Of a stretch of DNA of 64,000 nucleotides, positions 1-10,541 are shown in pieces (the stretch's first letter is position 1; every line of letters begins with the position of its first letter). Origin of the DNA: an uncultured Bacteroidales bacterium (GTDB lineage Bacteria; Bacteroidota; Bacteroidia; Bacteroidales; DTU049); assembly GCA_964428185.1 (NCBI GenBank), contig CAYRXH010000003.1, forward strand, positions 14,577-78,576. Reading direction: 5' to 3'. The position numbers were made by a program, and so were the translations under genes. The notes below the pieces were generated by a model, which saw only the letters and a program-made list of their open reading frames with translations, was not told the DNA's origin and did not search any database.

Positions 1-270
1 CCGAAAAAAAACCACTGACCACCGATCCACCGCCAATTTCAAGGGCAAATAGGCCGTTTTCATTGGTGTTCCCAGTATGTGTTACCACATACACAGCTGT
101 TCCCGAAGGGGAATTCAGCAAAATGCTGAGCTTCATTCCTATGATTTGAAAAACCGCAAGCTGATCGTTGGTGTCTCTGATCACTGCCTGGTAGCTCATT
201 TTCTGGGGGACCTGAGCAAGCAGAATTCTTCCGATTATTCCTATTGCAAAAAAATCATTGTGTTTTTCAT
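1..270 (-). pseudogene. 5' part of a secreted fibre-like protein (paralog of the N-terminus of 12686-14440); frameshifted and running off the window start
   Basis: Not in the ORF track. Manual translation from ATG at 270 gives MKNTMI, then a stop because the T-run (plus-strand A7 at 248-254) is one base short. The shifted frame reads AIGIIGRILLAQVPQKMSYQAVIRD...VYVVTHTGNTNENGLFALEIGGGSVVSG, matching [15 protein letters not shown]...[28 protein letters not shown] at 12686. Confidence 0.75.
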
Positions 271-281
271 AACTAGTACTG

Positions 282-753
282 TTATACAATTTTGAAAGTC
301 TTGATGTTTTTTTGTCAGCAATAACATTCAGGAAATATGTCCCTGACGCAAGTGAACTCAATGAAACTATAGTGTATGTGGCGATAATTTTTTTTAGTTG
401 TATCAACATTCCCTTTGCATCAAAAACTTGAAAAAAAAGAGATTATTTGCCTGAATATTTTCTATGGACAACGTAAGGAAGTCAACAGCAGGATTTGGAT
501 AGACAGAAACAGATAATAGAATGCAGTTAGCTTCTTCCACTTCAGTAACAACAGAAATTTCCCAGTGCTGCTGAACCCCCTGTATTTCAGATCCGTTTGA
601 TCCACTGTTGGCCTGACAAGCAACCTGTCCAACAGAAAAACTCACTGAACCCCCAGTTCCTGATGCATTTCCGCCGCAGGGAACTACAGCCTGCTGTGAA
701 TGTACAAAATCAAAAATCAATACTAGCCAGCCAAACAAGAACAGTTTCTTCAT
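282..753 (-). pseudogene. Small T9SS type A sorting (CTD) domain protein with two -1 frameshifts
   Basis: Signal peptide, then GGSVSFSVGQ...QGVQQ and VSVYPNPAVD (start of the CTD). Restoring one base in each of the A8 (431-438) and T7 (307-313) runs continues the frame as QVFDAKGMLIQ...LASGTYFLNV...IKTFKIV*, a typical CTD ending; stop at 282-284. Confidence 0.75.
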
Positions 754-854
754 AACAATGGATTTTTAGAAGAAATATAATAATATTTCTTACAAAACTC
801 TGAAAATGAGAAAAATCTGTAAACAACAATAAAAAACAGTAAATAAAACTGTAA

Positions 855-1193
855 TTATATCAGCACTGACACTTTCTGCATTTCACCCCCCAGGGGAGGA
901 TTCATTTTGGAAATCCTAACCGTAACATCCTCTGCTTGGGGAAACTTTTCAATAATTGATTGTTTGATCCTCAAGCCCACGTTCTCTATCAGATTTGATG
1001 TTTTTTTCATTTCTCCGGCAACAATATCATAGACTGTCTGATAGTTCAGAGCATCCCTGATGTCGTCTGATTCTGCAGGAACCGATACATCACAAACAAT
1101 GTGAACATCAACCAGAAAATGAATACCAACTTTTTTTTCTTCTTCAGAACATCCGTGAAAAGCATAAAACTTCATTCCTTCAAGAGAGATCAT
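855..1193 (-). CDS. folB: Dihydroneopterin aldolase
   Basis: LEGMKFYAFHGCSEEEKKVG, LNYQTVY, NLIENV and KMNPPLGG motifs; start moved to ATG at 1193. Confidence 0.93.
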   Translation of the reverse strand: MISLEGMKFYAFHGCSEEEKKVGIHFLVDVHIVCDVSVPAESDDIRDALNYQTVYDIVAGEMKKTSNLIENVGLRIKQSIIEKFPQAEDVTVRISKMNPPLGGEMQKVSVLI

Positions 1194-1276
1194 AATAATA
1201 TTGATGTTTGCTGCAAAGGTAAGATTTTTAAGAAAAGCCCGTTTGTCCTGAATAAAAAAGTTGAAAAAAAACAACG

Positions 1277-1284
1277 TAAATTTG
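1277..1284 (+). promoter_or_regulatory. Bacteroidota -7 promoter element for glnS
   Basis: TAAATTTG matches the TAnnTTTG consensus, 30 nt upstream of ATG 1315. Confidence 0.5.
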
Positions 1285-1314
1285 CACCCTGATAAACAAC
1301 AGATTTCTTTCAAT

Positions 1315-3006
1315 ATGAACACAAATGATCCTGAAGAAAACAAGCCAGTAAAGAACTTTATTGAGCAACTGATAGACGAAGACCTGGCAACAGGGCGCTA
1401 CAACAAAGTACACACCCGTTTTCCGCCTGAACCCAACGGGTTTTTGCATATCGGGCATGCCAAATCAATCTGTCTGAACTTCGGACTTGGAAAAAAATAT
1501 GGCGGATTAACCAATCTCCGTTTTGACGACACCAATCCTGAAAAGGAAGACACCACCTATGTGGAAGGGATCATGGAAGATGTGAGATGGCTTGGCTTTG
1601 ACTGGGAAGAACGGTTGTATTATGCTTCGGATTATTTTCAGCAATTGTATGACTGGGCTGTGGAACTTATTAAAAAGGACAAAGCCTATGTTTGTTTTTT
1701 ATCTGCTGAAGATGTGAGTAAAACCCGCGGAACAGTTACTTCTGCTGGTCAAAACAGTCCCTACAGAAATACTTCTGTTGAAGAAAATCTGCAGTTGTTT
1801 GAAAAGATGAAGCACGGTGAATACAAAGAAGGAGAATGTACTCTTAGAGCAAAAATTGATATGGCTCATCCCAATATGCTGATGAGAGATCCTGTGTTAT
1901 ACAGAATCAACTATACTGCTCATCACAGAACCGGCACAGACTGGTGTATTTACCCAACTTATGATTATGCCCACGGTCAAAGCGATTCTCTTGAAGGAAT
2001 AACACATTCGATCTGCACTCTGGAGTTTGAAGTGCATCGCCCGTTATACAACTGGTTTATTGAAACTCTGGAAATATATGCACCTCGTCAGATAGAATTT
2101 GCCCGCCTCAATCTTACCTATACCGTGATGAGTAAAAGAAAACTCCTCCGGCTTGTTCAGGATGGCCTCGTATCTGGCTGGGATGACCCAAGAATGCCGA
2201 CAATCTGCGGACTCAGACGAAGAGGCTATACTCCTTCATCAATTCGCACTTTTGCTGAAAAGGTGGGCGTTGCAAAAAGAGACAACACCATTGATCTGTC
2301 TCTGCTTGAGTTTTGTCTTCGTGAAGAGCTGAACAAAACTGCCAATAGATATATGGTAGTCATCAATCCCATAAAACTTGTTATAACAAATTATCCTGAA
2401 GGACAGGAAGAGGAGCTTGAGGCAATCAATAATCCGGAGTTTCCTGATCATGGCAGCAGAAAAGTCCCCTTTAGCAGGGAACTGTACATCGAGCAGGAAG
2501 ATTTTGCTGAAGTGCCTCCGCCAAAATACTTCAGACTTGCACCAGGACAGGAAGTGCGTCTAAGATATGCCTATTTTATTAAATGCACCGATGTAATTAA
2601 AGATTCTGATGGAAATATTACAGAGGTTCACTGCACCTATGATCCTGCAAGCAGGGGCGGCAACAGCCCTGACGGCAGAAAAGTCAAAGGCACTCTGCAC
2701 TGGGTTTCCATCAAACATGCCAAACATGCAGAAGTCAGATTGTATGATCGTTTGTTCTCTCAGGAAAACCCTGAAGATGTTGAAGAAGGTGAAGATTTTA
2801 TCAAGTATCTGAGTCCTGAATCCCTGATCACAAAAACTGCTTTTTGCGAACCTGCATTGCTTGAAGCGGCAAAAGGTACGTTTACCTGTCAGTTTGAAAG
2901 AGTGGGCTATTTTTGTACTGATAAGGATCATACAAATGAAAGACCTGTATTCAACAGAATTGTGATGCTGAAAGATCCCTGGGCAAAAATGCAACAGAAG
3001 AGATAA
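1315..3006 (+). CDS. glnS: Glutamine--tRNA ligase
   Basis: [18 protein letters not shown] (HIGH), VMSKRKL (KMSKS-like), FARLNL and QFERVGYF; start moved to ATG 1315. Confidence 0.97.
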   Translation: MNTNDPEENKPVKNFIEQLIDEDLATGRYNKVHTRFPPEPNGFLHIGHAKSICLNFGLGKKYGGLTNLRFDDTNPEKEDTTYVEGIMEDVRWLGFDWEERLYYASDYFQQLYDWAVELIKKDKAYVCFLSAEDVSKTRGTVTSAGQNSPYRNTSVEENLQLFEKMKHGEYKEGECTLRAKIDMAHPNMLMRDPVLYRINYTAHHRTGTDWCIYPTYDYAHGQSDSLEGITHSICTLEFEVHRPLYNWFIETLEIYAPRQIEFARLNLTYTVMSKRKLLRLVQDGLVSGWDDPRMPTICGLRRRGYTPSSIRTFAEKVGVAKRDNTIDLSLLEFCLREELNKTANRYMVVINPIKLVITNYPEGQEEELEAINNPEFPDHGSRKVPFSRELYIEQEDFAEVPPPKYFRLAPGQEVRLRYAYFIKCTDVIKDSDGNITEVHCTYDPASRGGNSPDGRKVKGTLHWVSIKHAKHAEVRLYDRLFSQENPEDVEEGEDFIKYLSPESLITKTAFCEPALLEAAKGTFTCQFERVGYFCTDKDHTNERPVFNRIVMLKDPWAKMQQKR

Positions 3007-3078
3007 AACAGACGGTGGTTTCTATTTTTCCGGAGCAATTTTTTTTTGATTTTTTTGTGATTAGATAAAAAAAATTAA

Positions 3079-3086
3079 TACTTTTG
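3079..3086 (+). promoter_or_regulatory. -7 promoter element for tRNA-Gln
   Basis: TACTTTTG (TAnnTTTG) 9 nt before the tRNA 5' end. Confidence 0.55.
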
Positions 3087-3095
3087 CACACACAA

Positions 3096-3168
3096 TGTCC
3101 GATGGTGTAACTGGCAACACGTCTGACTCTGAATCAGAAGAGTCTAGGTTCGACCCCTAGTCGGACAA
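3096..3168 (+). tRNA. tRNA-Gln, anticodon CTG
   Basis: Acceptor stem TGTCCGA/TCGGACA, anticodon arm TCTGA-CT CTG AA-TCAGA, T-arm CTAGG-TTCGACC-CCTAG. CCA is not encoded. Confidence 0.95.
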
Positions 3169-3170
3169 CA

Positions 3171-3199
3171 AAAGCCGCAGTAAAAGCTGCGGTTTTTTT
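3171..3199 (+). terminator. Intrinsic terminator after tRNA-Gln
   Basis: GCCGCAG-TAAAAG-CTGCGGT stem-loop followed by a T-tract. Confidence 0.85.
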
Positions 3200-3226
3200 A
3201 TATTTTTGCATCAAATCAGATATTCG

Positions 3227-4504
3227 ATGATACGGGTTTTTAAATTTGGAGGTGCTTCTGTTAAAGATGCTGACGCAATCAGAAATGCCGTAAGAATTAT
3301 TCAGGAACAAAGAAAGGGGGCGTCAGTGTTGCTCGTGGTTTCGGCAATGGGAAAGATGACTAATGCATTTGAGGATCTTCACAAACACTGGTTTTCAGGT
3401 GAAAACACCACTGCAGCCCTGCAAAAAATTAAATCTTTTCATACGGATATCATACAGCAACTATTCGACAAAAACCACAAAGTCTGGTCCGAAACTGAGA
3501 CACTTTTTAACGAGATCGACGTGTTTCTTTCTGCTCCCCCTGTAGCTCCTGATCTTTTTGATCGAACCTATGACTCACTTATTCCTTTTGGAGAGCTTCT
3601 TTCTTCATGCATCCTCGTAAATTATGCAACAGAAAATCTGAAGAATGTGTCTGCTGTTCAGGCCTGTGAGTTAATTTTTGCAGATGATTTATGGAGAGAA
3701 GGTAGAATACATTGGCAAAAAACAACCGACACCATCAGAAAACACTTGTTACCCAAACTGCAATCATCACAATCAGCAGTTGTTATTACTCAGGGATTTG
3801 TTGCACGGTCCTCATCAGGACAGATGATCACGCTCGGAAGAGAGGGCAGCGATTTTTCGGCATCAGTGTTTGCCTATGCTCTTGAGGCTCACGACGTGAC
3901 AATCTGGAAGGATGTGGCCGGACTTTTTAATGCCGACCCCAAGGCATTTGATGATGTTACACTTATTCCCCATCTTTCCTATCACGAAGCTGTGGAACTG
4001 GCCTATTACGGACAGTCAATTATTCACCCCAAAACAATTAAACCTCTTCAAAACAAAAACATTCCACTGTATATTAAGTCTTTTATCAACCCCGAACTTC
4101 CCGGAAGCCTCATTGATGAAAATTCAGCAGATGATACTAATATTCCGTGTTTTATTGTTAAACAGAACCAGGTGCTCGTGTCTGTTTCACCCAAAGATTT
4201 TGCTTTTATCAATGAACACAATCTGAGTGAAATCATAAACCAGCTGGCACAATCTCGAATCAGAATGAATGTGATGCAGAACAGTGCCATCAGTTTCTCG
4301 TTCTGTGCAGACTTCAACAAATTTAAAATGACAGAATTATTAAAACTACTGCAGGAAAATTACTTCGTTAGATATAACCCTGAACTCCAACTTATTACTA
4401 TCAGAAACTATGATGAACACATAATTAGCAGACTTACTCAGGGCAAAAAAATATTTCTTGAACAAAGATCACGTACCACAGTTCAGCTGGTAACAGCTAT
4501 GTGA
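3227..4504 (+). CDS. lysC: Aspartate kinase (monofunctional)
   Basis: VFKFGGASV, VVSAMGK, TLGREGSDFSA, IWKDVAG and LSYHEAVELAYYG motifs; start moved to ATG 3227. Confidence 0.92.
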   Translation: MIRVFKFGGASVKDADAIRNAVRIIQEQRKGASVLLVVSAMGKMTNAFEDLHKHWFSGENTTAALQKIKSFHTDIIQQLFDKNHKVWSETETLFNEIDVFLSAPPVAPDLFDRTYDSLIPFGELLSSCILVNYATENLKNVSAVQACELIFADDLWREGRIHWQKTTDTIRKHLLPKLQSSQSAVVITQGFVARSSSGQMITLGREGSDFSASVFAYALEAHDVTIWKDVAGLFNADPKAFDDVTLIPHLSYHEAVELAYYGQSIIHPKTIKPLQNKNIPLYIKSFINPELPGSLIDENSADDTNIPCFIVKQNQVLVSVSPKDFAFINEHNLSEIINQLAQSRIRMNVMQNSAISFSFCADFNKFKMTELLKLLQENYFVRYNPELQLITIRNYDEHIISRLTQGKKIFLEQRSRTTVQLVTAM

Positions 4505-4526
4505 AAAATTAACAGATTTTGAATTT

Positions 4527-5188
4527 ATGTTAATTATTAATACGTATGCAGAAAATAACTTTTCCAACAGTTTTTTATATCTTCTGATGAAAATAATCAT
4601 CGGAACACAGGAATCTCAAAATCAGAATCAGAACCGGAAATCAGACAAACCTATTTCTGTTTTTACAAAATTATTCAGACCCTCAGACGAATACAGCTTA
4701 AAAGGTGATTATGAAAAAGCCATACAGAATGATTTCTCGATTCTGAGAATGGCAGAAGCACTGATTCTGTTGGATGAAATAGGAAGAGCATATAATAACA
4801 TCGGGATCAATCCCTTGAATATTTTCAAAAAGGGGCAGGAATCAGAATGATGTTGCGTGACACCATAAGGCTGGCAGATACAAACTGCAATTTGGGAATG
4901 CTGTATGATGATATGAAATTTCATATCTTTAGTGTGCAAAATGGACAAATTCAGCAATTAACACCCACTCCCTTATTTAATCAGGCATATATCGGCTTTG
5001 TAATTCCCCATATTTTTTTAAGTTTAATCACTTTTTTTATGGAATTTTGTTCATCAGAAACATTTTTTATGGATTTTTCTTCCAAAAGAAAGAAAAACAC
5101 CGATGAATTAGCAATATCCAACAGCTTATATGTAGTTTTTTTAGTCAACATTCTGCATTTTCCAAAATCAAGTGCCAGAATAAATTAA
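4527..5188 (+). pseudogene. Degenerate remnant of a TPR-repeat protein
   Basis: TPR-like segments YSLKGDYEKAI...IGRAYNNIGI and LADTNCNLGMLYDDM split over two ORFs; the flanks are low-complexity and non-coding-like. Confidence 0.4.
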
Positions 5189-5428
5189 AAATTATTCCAA
5201 CATTTTGTCTTGGATATTACAAAATGGAGCATTTTTTTGTGGGCTATGAAGTCATTGTGTGTTTAAAAAATTTGAGTTTTCGTTTTTTTGATACCGGTAA
5301 GTATTTAGAAGTATCTGATATTCATAAAAGAAAAGAATTTTCTTTTAATTTTATTTGGCGGATAGAGTTTCATTCGCTTATGAGACAAAAATGCGCACAA
5401 ATATAAATATACAGGCAATTACACCGAC

Positions 5429-6010
5429 TTAAATTCTCAGGCAAATCTTCTTTTTCATCAGAAGCCACCAGAACACCCCAATCCCTATGCCGATGACACA
5501 TCCTGCCAACACATCAGATGGATAATGAACACCCAGATATACTCTTGAATAACAATTCAGTAGGGTATAAATGACCAATATGGGCACCAGCCAACTTATC
5601 TTTCTGAAAAAAACCAGAATTCCTGAGGTTGCAACAGCAGCAGTGTTTGTAGCATGGGAAGAAACAAATCCGTATTTTCCTCCACATTTTTCATTTACAA
5701 GATGCAGGAGATCTCTTATTTCAAGATTATGACAAGGACGGTATCTCAAAAACACATTTTTAAACAGATGTACAGACACAAGATCGGCCGAAATGACAGC
5801 AAGCAGAAAAAGAGCAACAACCCACAATGATTTTTTGCCGTAAATTTTCCACACATAATACAAAAGCAACAGATACAGTGGTATCCAGATATACTTGTTG
5901 CTCACTCCATACATCACCACATCCCAGAAGTTGCTGTACATTCCATTTATTGCCAGAAGCAACTTTCTGTCAAGCATTTCCAGTGTATCAATGAAACTGA
6001 GAATGATCAT
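5429..6010 (-). CDS. PAP2-family membrane phosphatase
   Basis: K..F.RYRP, FVSSHA and [13 protein letters not shown] motifs, with hydrophobic helices. Confidence 0.92.
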   Translation of the reverse strand: MIILSFIDTLEMLDRKLLLAINGMYSNFWDVVMYGVSNKYIWIPLYLLLLYYVWKIYGKKSLWVVALFLLAVISADLVSVHLFKNVFLRYRPCHNLEIRDLLHLVNEKCGGKYGFVSSHATNTAAVATSGILVFFRKISWLVPILVIYTLLNCYSRVYLGVHYPSDVLAGCVIGIGIGVFWWLLMKKKICLRI

Positions 6011-7005
6011 ATAGTGAAACGGTTAAGGACAGACCAGAGTTTGTCTTTCAGTTCCGAGATGCCGGCACCTGTATGTGAGGAAATGAACAAGGGATGGTAT
6101 TTTTCCAGTTTCTTTCTTAGTTTTGTCAGTTCCTCCTCATGAGTGAGGTCGCATTTGGTAATTGCAAGTAAAAAATCCTTATCTGCAAGTTCAGGATTAT
6201 ACATTTTCAATTCGTTCTGAAGAATTTTGAATTCTTTGATAATGTTTTCTGAATCAACAGGGACCATATACAATAGCAGAGAATTTCGTTCAATGTGTCT
6301 TAGAAACCTCAATCCCAGTCCTTTACCCTTGTGTGCTCCTTCAATAATTCCGGGAATATCAGCCATTACAAAGGATTTAAAATCTCTGTATTGCACCATT
6401 CCGAGATTTGGTGTGAGAGTTGTAAATGGATAATCAGCAATTTTTGGCTTTGCGGCAGAGATGACTGAAAGCAGGGTTGATTTCCCCGCGTTGGGAAAGC
6501 CCACCAGTCCAACATCGGCAAGAATTTTCAGTTCAAAGAGAACTCCCATTTCAATGCCTTCTTCACCGGGCTGAGCAAACCTGGGAGTTTGTAGAGTAGA
6601 GCTCTTAAAGAACTCATTTCCCATGCCTCCGCGCCCTCCGGCAAAAAGAATTTTCTCTTCTCCATGTTCAAGAATTTCAAGAAGAAACTCCCCTGTTTCA
6701 GAGTTTTTTACAACTGTTCCCAGCGGAACCTCAATGATCACATTTTTCCCGTCGGCACCTGTTTTTTTGTTGCCCATGCCACCCTGTCCGTCTTCGGCAT
6801 ACACATGACGAGTGTATCTTAGGTGAAGTAATGTCCACAACTGGCTGTTGCCCCGGACAATGATATCTCCACCTTTACCGCCGTTTCCCCCATCAGGACC
6901 GCCCTTGGGAATATATTTGGCCCTGTAGAAATGCACAGAACCTGCACCACCACTGCCCGAACGACATAAAATACTCACATGGTCAACAAAATTTTCGTTT
7001 GACAT
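6007..7005 (-). CDS. obgE: GTPase ObgE/CgtA
   Basis: Gly-rich Obg fold ([11 protein letters not shown]), [20 protein letters not shown] and TKCD; start moved to ATG 7005. Confidence 0.97.
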   Translation of the reverse strand: MSNENFVDHVSILCRSGSGGAGSVHFYRAKYIPKGGPDGGNGGKGGDIIVRGNSQLWTLLHLRYTRHVYAEDGQGGMGNKKTGADGKNVIIEVPLGTVVKNSETGEFLLEILEHGEEKILFAGGRGGMGNEFFKSSTLQTPRFAQPGEEGIEMGVLFELKILADVGLVGFPNAGKSTLLSVISAAKPKIADYPFTTLTPNLGMVQYRDFKSFVMADIPGIIEGAHKGKGLGLRFLRHIERNSLLLYMVPVDSENIIKEFKILQNELKMYNPELADKDFLLAITKCDLTHEEELTKLRKKLEKYHPLFISSHTGAGISELKDKLWSVLNRFTI

Positions 7006-7015
7006 ACTTCTGCTC

Positions 7016-7603
7016 TCAAGAATTTTTATCACCTCTGACTGTTTCAACAATGTTCCGAATATCAGAGGCCACAGAATTGACAGGTCTGTTGCCTTCAACT
7101 TCAATCAGTCTGTGGCTTTTTTTGTAATAATTAATCACCGGATGTGTCAGGGCTCGATACACTTCAAGTCTTTTTTCCATGACTTCAAGATTGTCATCTG
7201 TTCTACCGGAATCTTTTCCCCTTTCAAGGACACGTTGTATCAAAACATCTTCAGGGACAATCATAGAAACAACCAGAGCAATGCGAAGTTCTTTTTTATG
7301 AAAGACCTTGTCGAGAGTAGCAGCCTGATCAGGATTTCTGGGAAAGCCGTCAAAAACAATTCCTGGTGCATCCTGATGTGCAAGGGCATAACGGTACAGT
7401 TCACGCATCACAATATTATCAGGGATCAGCAGCCCCCTGTCAATGAATTTTCTTACCAGATCCCCCATGGCAGTTTGGTTGGCAATTTCCTGTCTGAACA
7501 ATTCACCTGTTGATAGGTGGAGAAATCCGAATGTATCGGCCACGAGTTTTGACTGTGTCCCTTTTCCCGAACCGGGAGGCCCGAAAAGGATCATATTGAA
7601 CAT
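7016..7603 (-). CDS. adk: Adenylate kinase, single domain, short LID
   Basis: [22 protein letters not shown] and GRTDD motifs. Confidence 0.9.
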   Translation of the reverse strand: MFNMILFGPPGSGKGTQSKLVADTFGFLHLSTGELFRQEIANQTAMGDLVRKFIDRGLLIPDNIVMRELYRYALAHQDAPGIVFDGFPRNPDQAATLDKVFHKKELRIALVVSMIVPEDVLIQRVLERGKDSGRTDDNLEVMEKRLEVYRALTHPVINYYKKSHRLIEVEGNRPVNSVASDIRNIVETVRGDKNS

Positions 7604-7605
7604 GC

Positions 7606-8778
7606 TTATCTGATATTTTTAAATGCTTTCTGTATGACCTTTGAAATATTGGAAAAGATTTCATCTTCATCTCCCACACCATCAAATGCCTGGAGCATGT
7701 TCCGTTTTTCATAAAAATCGAGCACCGGTTTGGTAAATTTCTCATACACCTCAAGTCTGTGAATGATAATATCCATATCCATATCATACACTCTTGCTGT
7801 GTCTGTTTTTGCCCTGGCAGTCAGACGTTTTATGGATTGCAATGTGGGAGATTTTATTTCATAAACACAGGAAACCCTTGATCCCATTTTCTGAAGCAGC
7901 CCTTCGAGGATATATGCCTGTACCAATGTTCCGGGAAACCCTTTAAAAATAAATCCTTTGGCGCTATGTGATTCCTTGATTTTCCTTTCGATCAGTTTGA
8001 TGGCAATTTCGTCGGGCACAGGATCTCCTTTTTCGAGGAATGGTTGGGCTAGACAACCCATTTCAGTACCATTGGCAATTTCATTCCTAATCATTTCACC
8101 TGTTGACACATAGACAAGATTGAATTCCTTTGCCAGTTTTTTTGCCTGTGTTCCCTTACCTGCTCCCGGAGGACCTACAAGAATAATGTTCAGCCAGATA
8201 TTTTCAAGTTGCTTTTCAATTATAGCATCAACACCTGAAAAGATTTCATCCACTGTTCCGGTGCCGTCAACACTGAAAAATTTATTCTGAGCTTTATAAA
8301 AATCTGCCACAGGGACGGTTTTGTTTTCATACTCATCAAGTCTGTGGTTAATGATTTCCATGCTTCTGTCGTCCGATCGGTTTTCCTTCTCGGCTCGGGC
8401 AACCATTCTTGAAATCAGTTCTTCCCGAGGAACATCAAGGCTGATCATACAAGTCAGACTCATCCCCATTTTCAGCAATAAACCCTCAAGGATATATGCC
8501 TGAACCACAGTTCTGGGAAAACCATCAAAAAGAAAACCGTTTGTATCAGTACTCATTTTAATTTTTTCTTCGATGATCTGAACGATGATCTCATCCGACA
8601 CCAGCTTCCCCTGATCAATGGCTTCCTTTGCAATAAGCCCTAGCTTGGTTTGTTGCTTGATTTCTTCTCTCAGCATATCACCTGTCGAAATATAAGTGAG
8701 TTTATATTTTTCAAGCAGCAGTTTGGACTGCGTTCCTTTGCCCGCTCCGGGCGCTCCGAATAATGCAATATTTATCAT
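7606..8778 (-). CDS. Tandem two-domain adenylate kinase
   Basis: Domain 1 has GAPGAGKGTQ, TGDMLR and DGFPR. Domain 2 has GPPGAGKGTQ, TGEMIR and KGFPG. Start moved to ATG 8778. Confidence 0.88.
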   Translation of the reverse strand: MINIALFGAPGAGKGTQSKLLLEKYKLTYISTGDMLREEIKQQTKLGLIAKEAIDQGKLVSDEIIVQIIEEKIKMSTDTNGFLFDGFPRTVVQAYILEGLLLKMGMSLTCMISLDVPREELISRMVARAEKENRSDDRSMEIINHRLDEYENKTVPVADFYKAQNKFFSVDGTGTVDEIFSGVDAIIEKQLENIWLNIILVGPPGAGKGTQAKKLAKEFNLVYVSTGEMIRNEIANGTEMGCLAQPFLEKGDPVPDEIAIKLIERKIKESHSAKGFIFKGFPGTLVQAYILEGLLQKMGSRVSCVYEIKSPTLQSIKRLTARAKTDTARVYDMDMDIIIHRLEVYEKFTKPVLDFYEKRNMLQAFDGVGDEDEIFSNISKVIQKAFKNIR

Positions 8779-8791
8779 GTCGCTTTTCCTT

Positions 8792-9343
8792 TTACTCTTC
8801 AATAACTGAATATATATCTTTCAGATTTCTCCCGAATCCATTATAGTCGAGTCCATAGCCCACAACAAAATCGTTGGGAATGGAAAATCCGATATAATCA
8901 ACAGGATAAGTCTTCTGAAATTTCCCTTTTTTGAACAATAAGGTTGCTATTTTCACAGATGCTGCTCCCCTGTTCTGAACAACATTTAAGATGTGTTCCA
9001 TGGTAATCCCTGTATCTATTATGTCTTCAACAAGAATGACATGTCTGTTGCTCAGGTTTTCTTCTATCCCCAGAACCTCACTGATCTTTTCGGTGGAGTT
9101 CATCCCATGGTATGAGGAAACTCTTAAAAACCCAATCTCAGATTCTATATTGATTTTTTTTAGCAGATCAGATGCAAACATAAAAGCCCCATTGAGTATA
9201 ATAAGGAATAATGGTTTTTTGTCATTGTATTCAACATTGATCTGCTGAGCAATCAATTGCAGAGAATTCTGAATCTCGTCATGGGTGATATAGTGTTTGA
9301 AGTTGCGGTCAGATACTTTTACGATTGTATTTTGATCACTCAT
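8792..9343 (-). CDS. hpt: Hypoxanthine phosphoribosyltransferase
   Basis: ILNGAFMF, VEDIIDTGIT and FVVGYGLDY motifs; start moved to ATG 9343. Confidence 0.95.
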   Translation of the reverse strand: MSDQNTIVKVSDRNFKHYITHDEIQNSLQLIAQQINVEYNDKKPLFLIILNGAFMFASDLLKKINIESEIGFLRVSSYHGMNSTEKISEVLGIEENLSNRHVILVEDIIDTGITMEHILNVVQNRGAASVKIATLLFKKGKFQKTYPVDYIGFSIPNDFVVGYGLDYNGFGRNLKDIYSVIEE

Positions 9344-9437
9344 TTTCAAAAAATTAAGTTCCAAAATTACAAATTTTCACTGAACTTATTGCAAAAAGGC
9401 GAAAATTCACTATTTTTGTAAAAAAACAAAACTCATT

Positions 9438-9701
9438 ATGAGTCCTATTGTAAATATTATTATGGACAGTAAATCTGATTATAAAGTTCTTGAAGCGGTT
9501 ACCAGATTTCTTGATAAAAATGAGGTCCCTTTTGAAATGCATGTCTTGTCAACACTCCGTACTCCTGAAGAAGTGAAACAATTTGCTTCTTCAGAGAAAA
9601 AACATGAAGAAAAAATGCTTACTTTCAAATCCGTCCTTAAGAAAAAAGTTATCACCGCGAATGTAGAACTGGCACAAGGAAAATTTAAATTTTGGGTATA
9701 A
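9438..9701 (+). pseudogene. purE: PurE with an in-frame central deletion
   Basis: N-terminus IVNIIMDSKSD...FEMHVLSTLRTPEEV corresponds to PurE IIMGS.SD...SAHRTP. It is joined directly to a C-terminal helix EEKMLTFKSVLKKKVITANVEL. The central AG.AAHLPG, GVP and QMP.G.PVATV segments are missing. Confidence 0.75.
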
Positions 9702-9716
9702 TTATTATCAATGCTT

Positions 9717-10541
9717 ATGAAAAAAGTTCTGATTATTGCACTGGGTGTGCTTCTTTTTGCTTCGACAGCCAATTCACAGACAGAAAGCTTCGGTGCTGTA
9801 AGTGCCGGAATGGGAGGTACATATGTTGCCGGGAATGATTTCTGGTCAGCACTGAACAATCAGGCCGGGCTTGCTGATATTGAGGTTGCAACTGTTGGCG
9901 TGGGTTATAACAACGAATTTCTCCTAAAGGAAATGGCAACAAGATATGCCGGATTCGCTATGCCTGTTGCAAAGAACAGTGCTTTTTCTCTGAACCTGTC
10001 ACAGTTTGGATATTCTCTGCTCAATCAAACCAAGCTGGGGGTGGGCTATGGAATGAAATTTAGTGAAAAACTCAGCGGAGGGATACAATTGGACTATTTT
10101 CATCTGAAGCTGGGCGATCTTTACGGAAGTACCGGAGCCATTACCTTTGAACTGGGTGCCATGTACAAGCTTAGCGATCGGTGGCTCATCGGGTCCCATA
10201 TTTTTAATCCTGTGATGGCTAAACTTGCTGATTATAATGACGAACGTATGACAACCGTTATCAATGCAGGATGTACTTTCATTGCTTCAGCTCAAACAAG
10301 AATTTCAGCAGAAGCCGAAAAAGCAATGGATACAAAACCGTCAGTTAAAATTGGTATTGACTATGTGATTATGGATTTTCTCAGTATCAGAGCCGGCGCA
10401 GCATCCAATCCAACAAAATTGGCCTTTGGCTTCGGTCTCAATTTTAGCAACTTTCATCTTGATCTTGCCGGAAGTTACCATCAGGTACTTGGCTTTAGCC
10501 CTTCTACAGGGATTATTTACAAGTTTAACAAAGCTGAATAA
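9717..10541 (+). CDS. Outer-membrane beta-barrel protein, PorV/FadL-like
   Basis: Signal peptide, GAVSAGMGG...NNQAGL N-terminal hatch-like motif and alternating amphipathic strands. Confidence 0.6.
   Translation: MKKVLIIALGVLLFASTANSQTESFGAVSAGMGGTYVAGNDFWSALNNQAGLADIEVATVGVGYNNEFLLKEMATRYAGFAMPVAKNSAFSLNLSQFGYSLLNQTKLGVGYGMKFSEKLSGGIQLDYFHLKLGDLYGSTGAITFELGAMYKLSDRWLIGSHIFNPVMAKLADYNDERMTTVINAGCTFIASAQTRISAEAEKAMDTKPSVKIGIDYVIMDFLSIRAGAASNPTKLAFGFGLNFSNFHLDLAGSYHQVLGFSPSTGIIYKFNKAE

Noticed and set aside
3096-3168. tRNA-Gln as attachment site of the BREX island
   Set aside because: It is 20 kb away, and I found no duplicated tRNA 3' end near the island borders or an integrase.
6007-7104. 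ORF-track N-terminal extensions (obgE, folB, 57653 ORF, 53977 ORF)
   Set aside because: The extensions overlap neighbouring genes or promoters and lack family similarity; downstream ATGs fit better.
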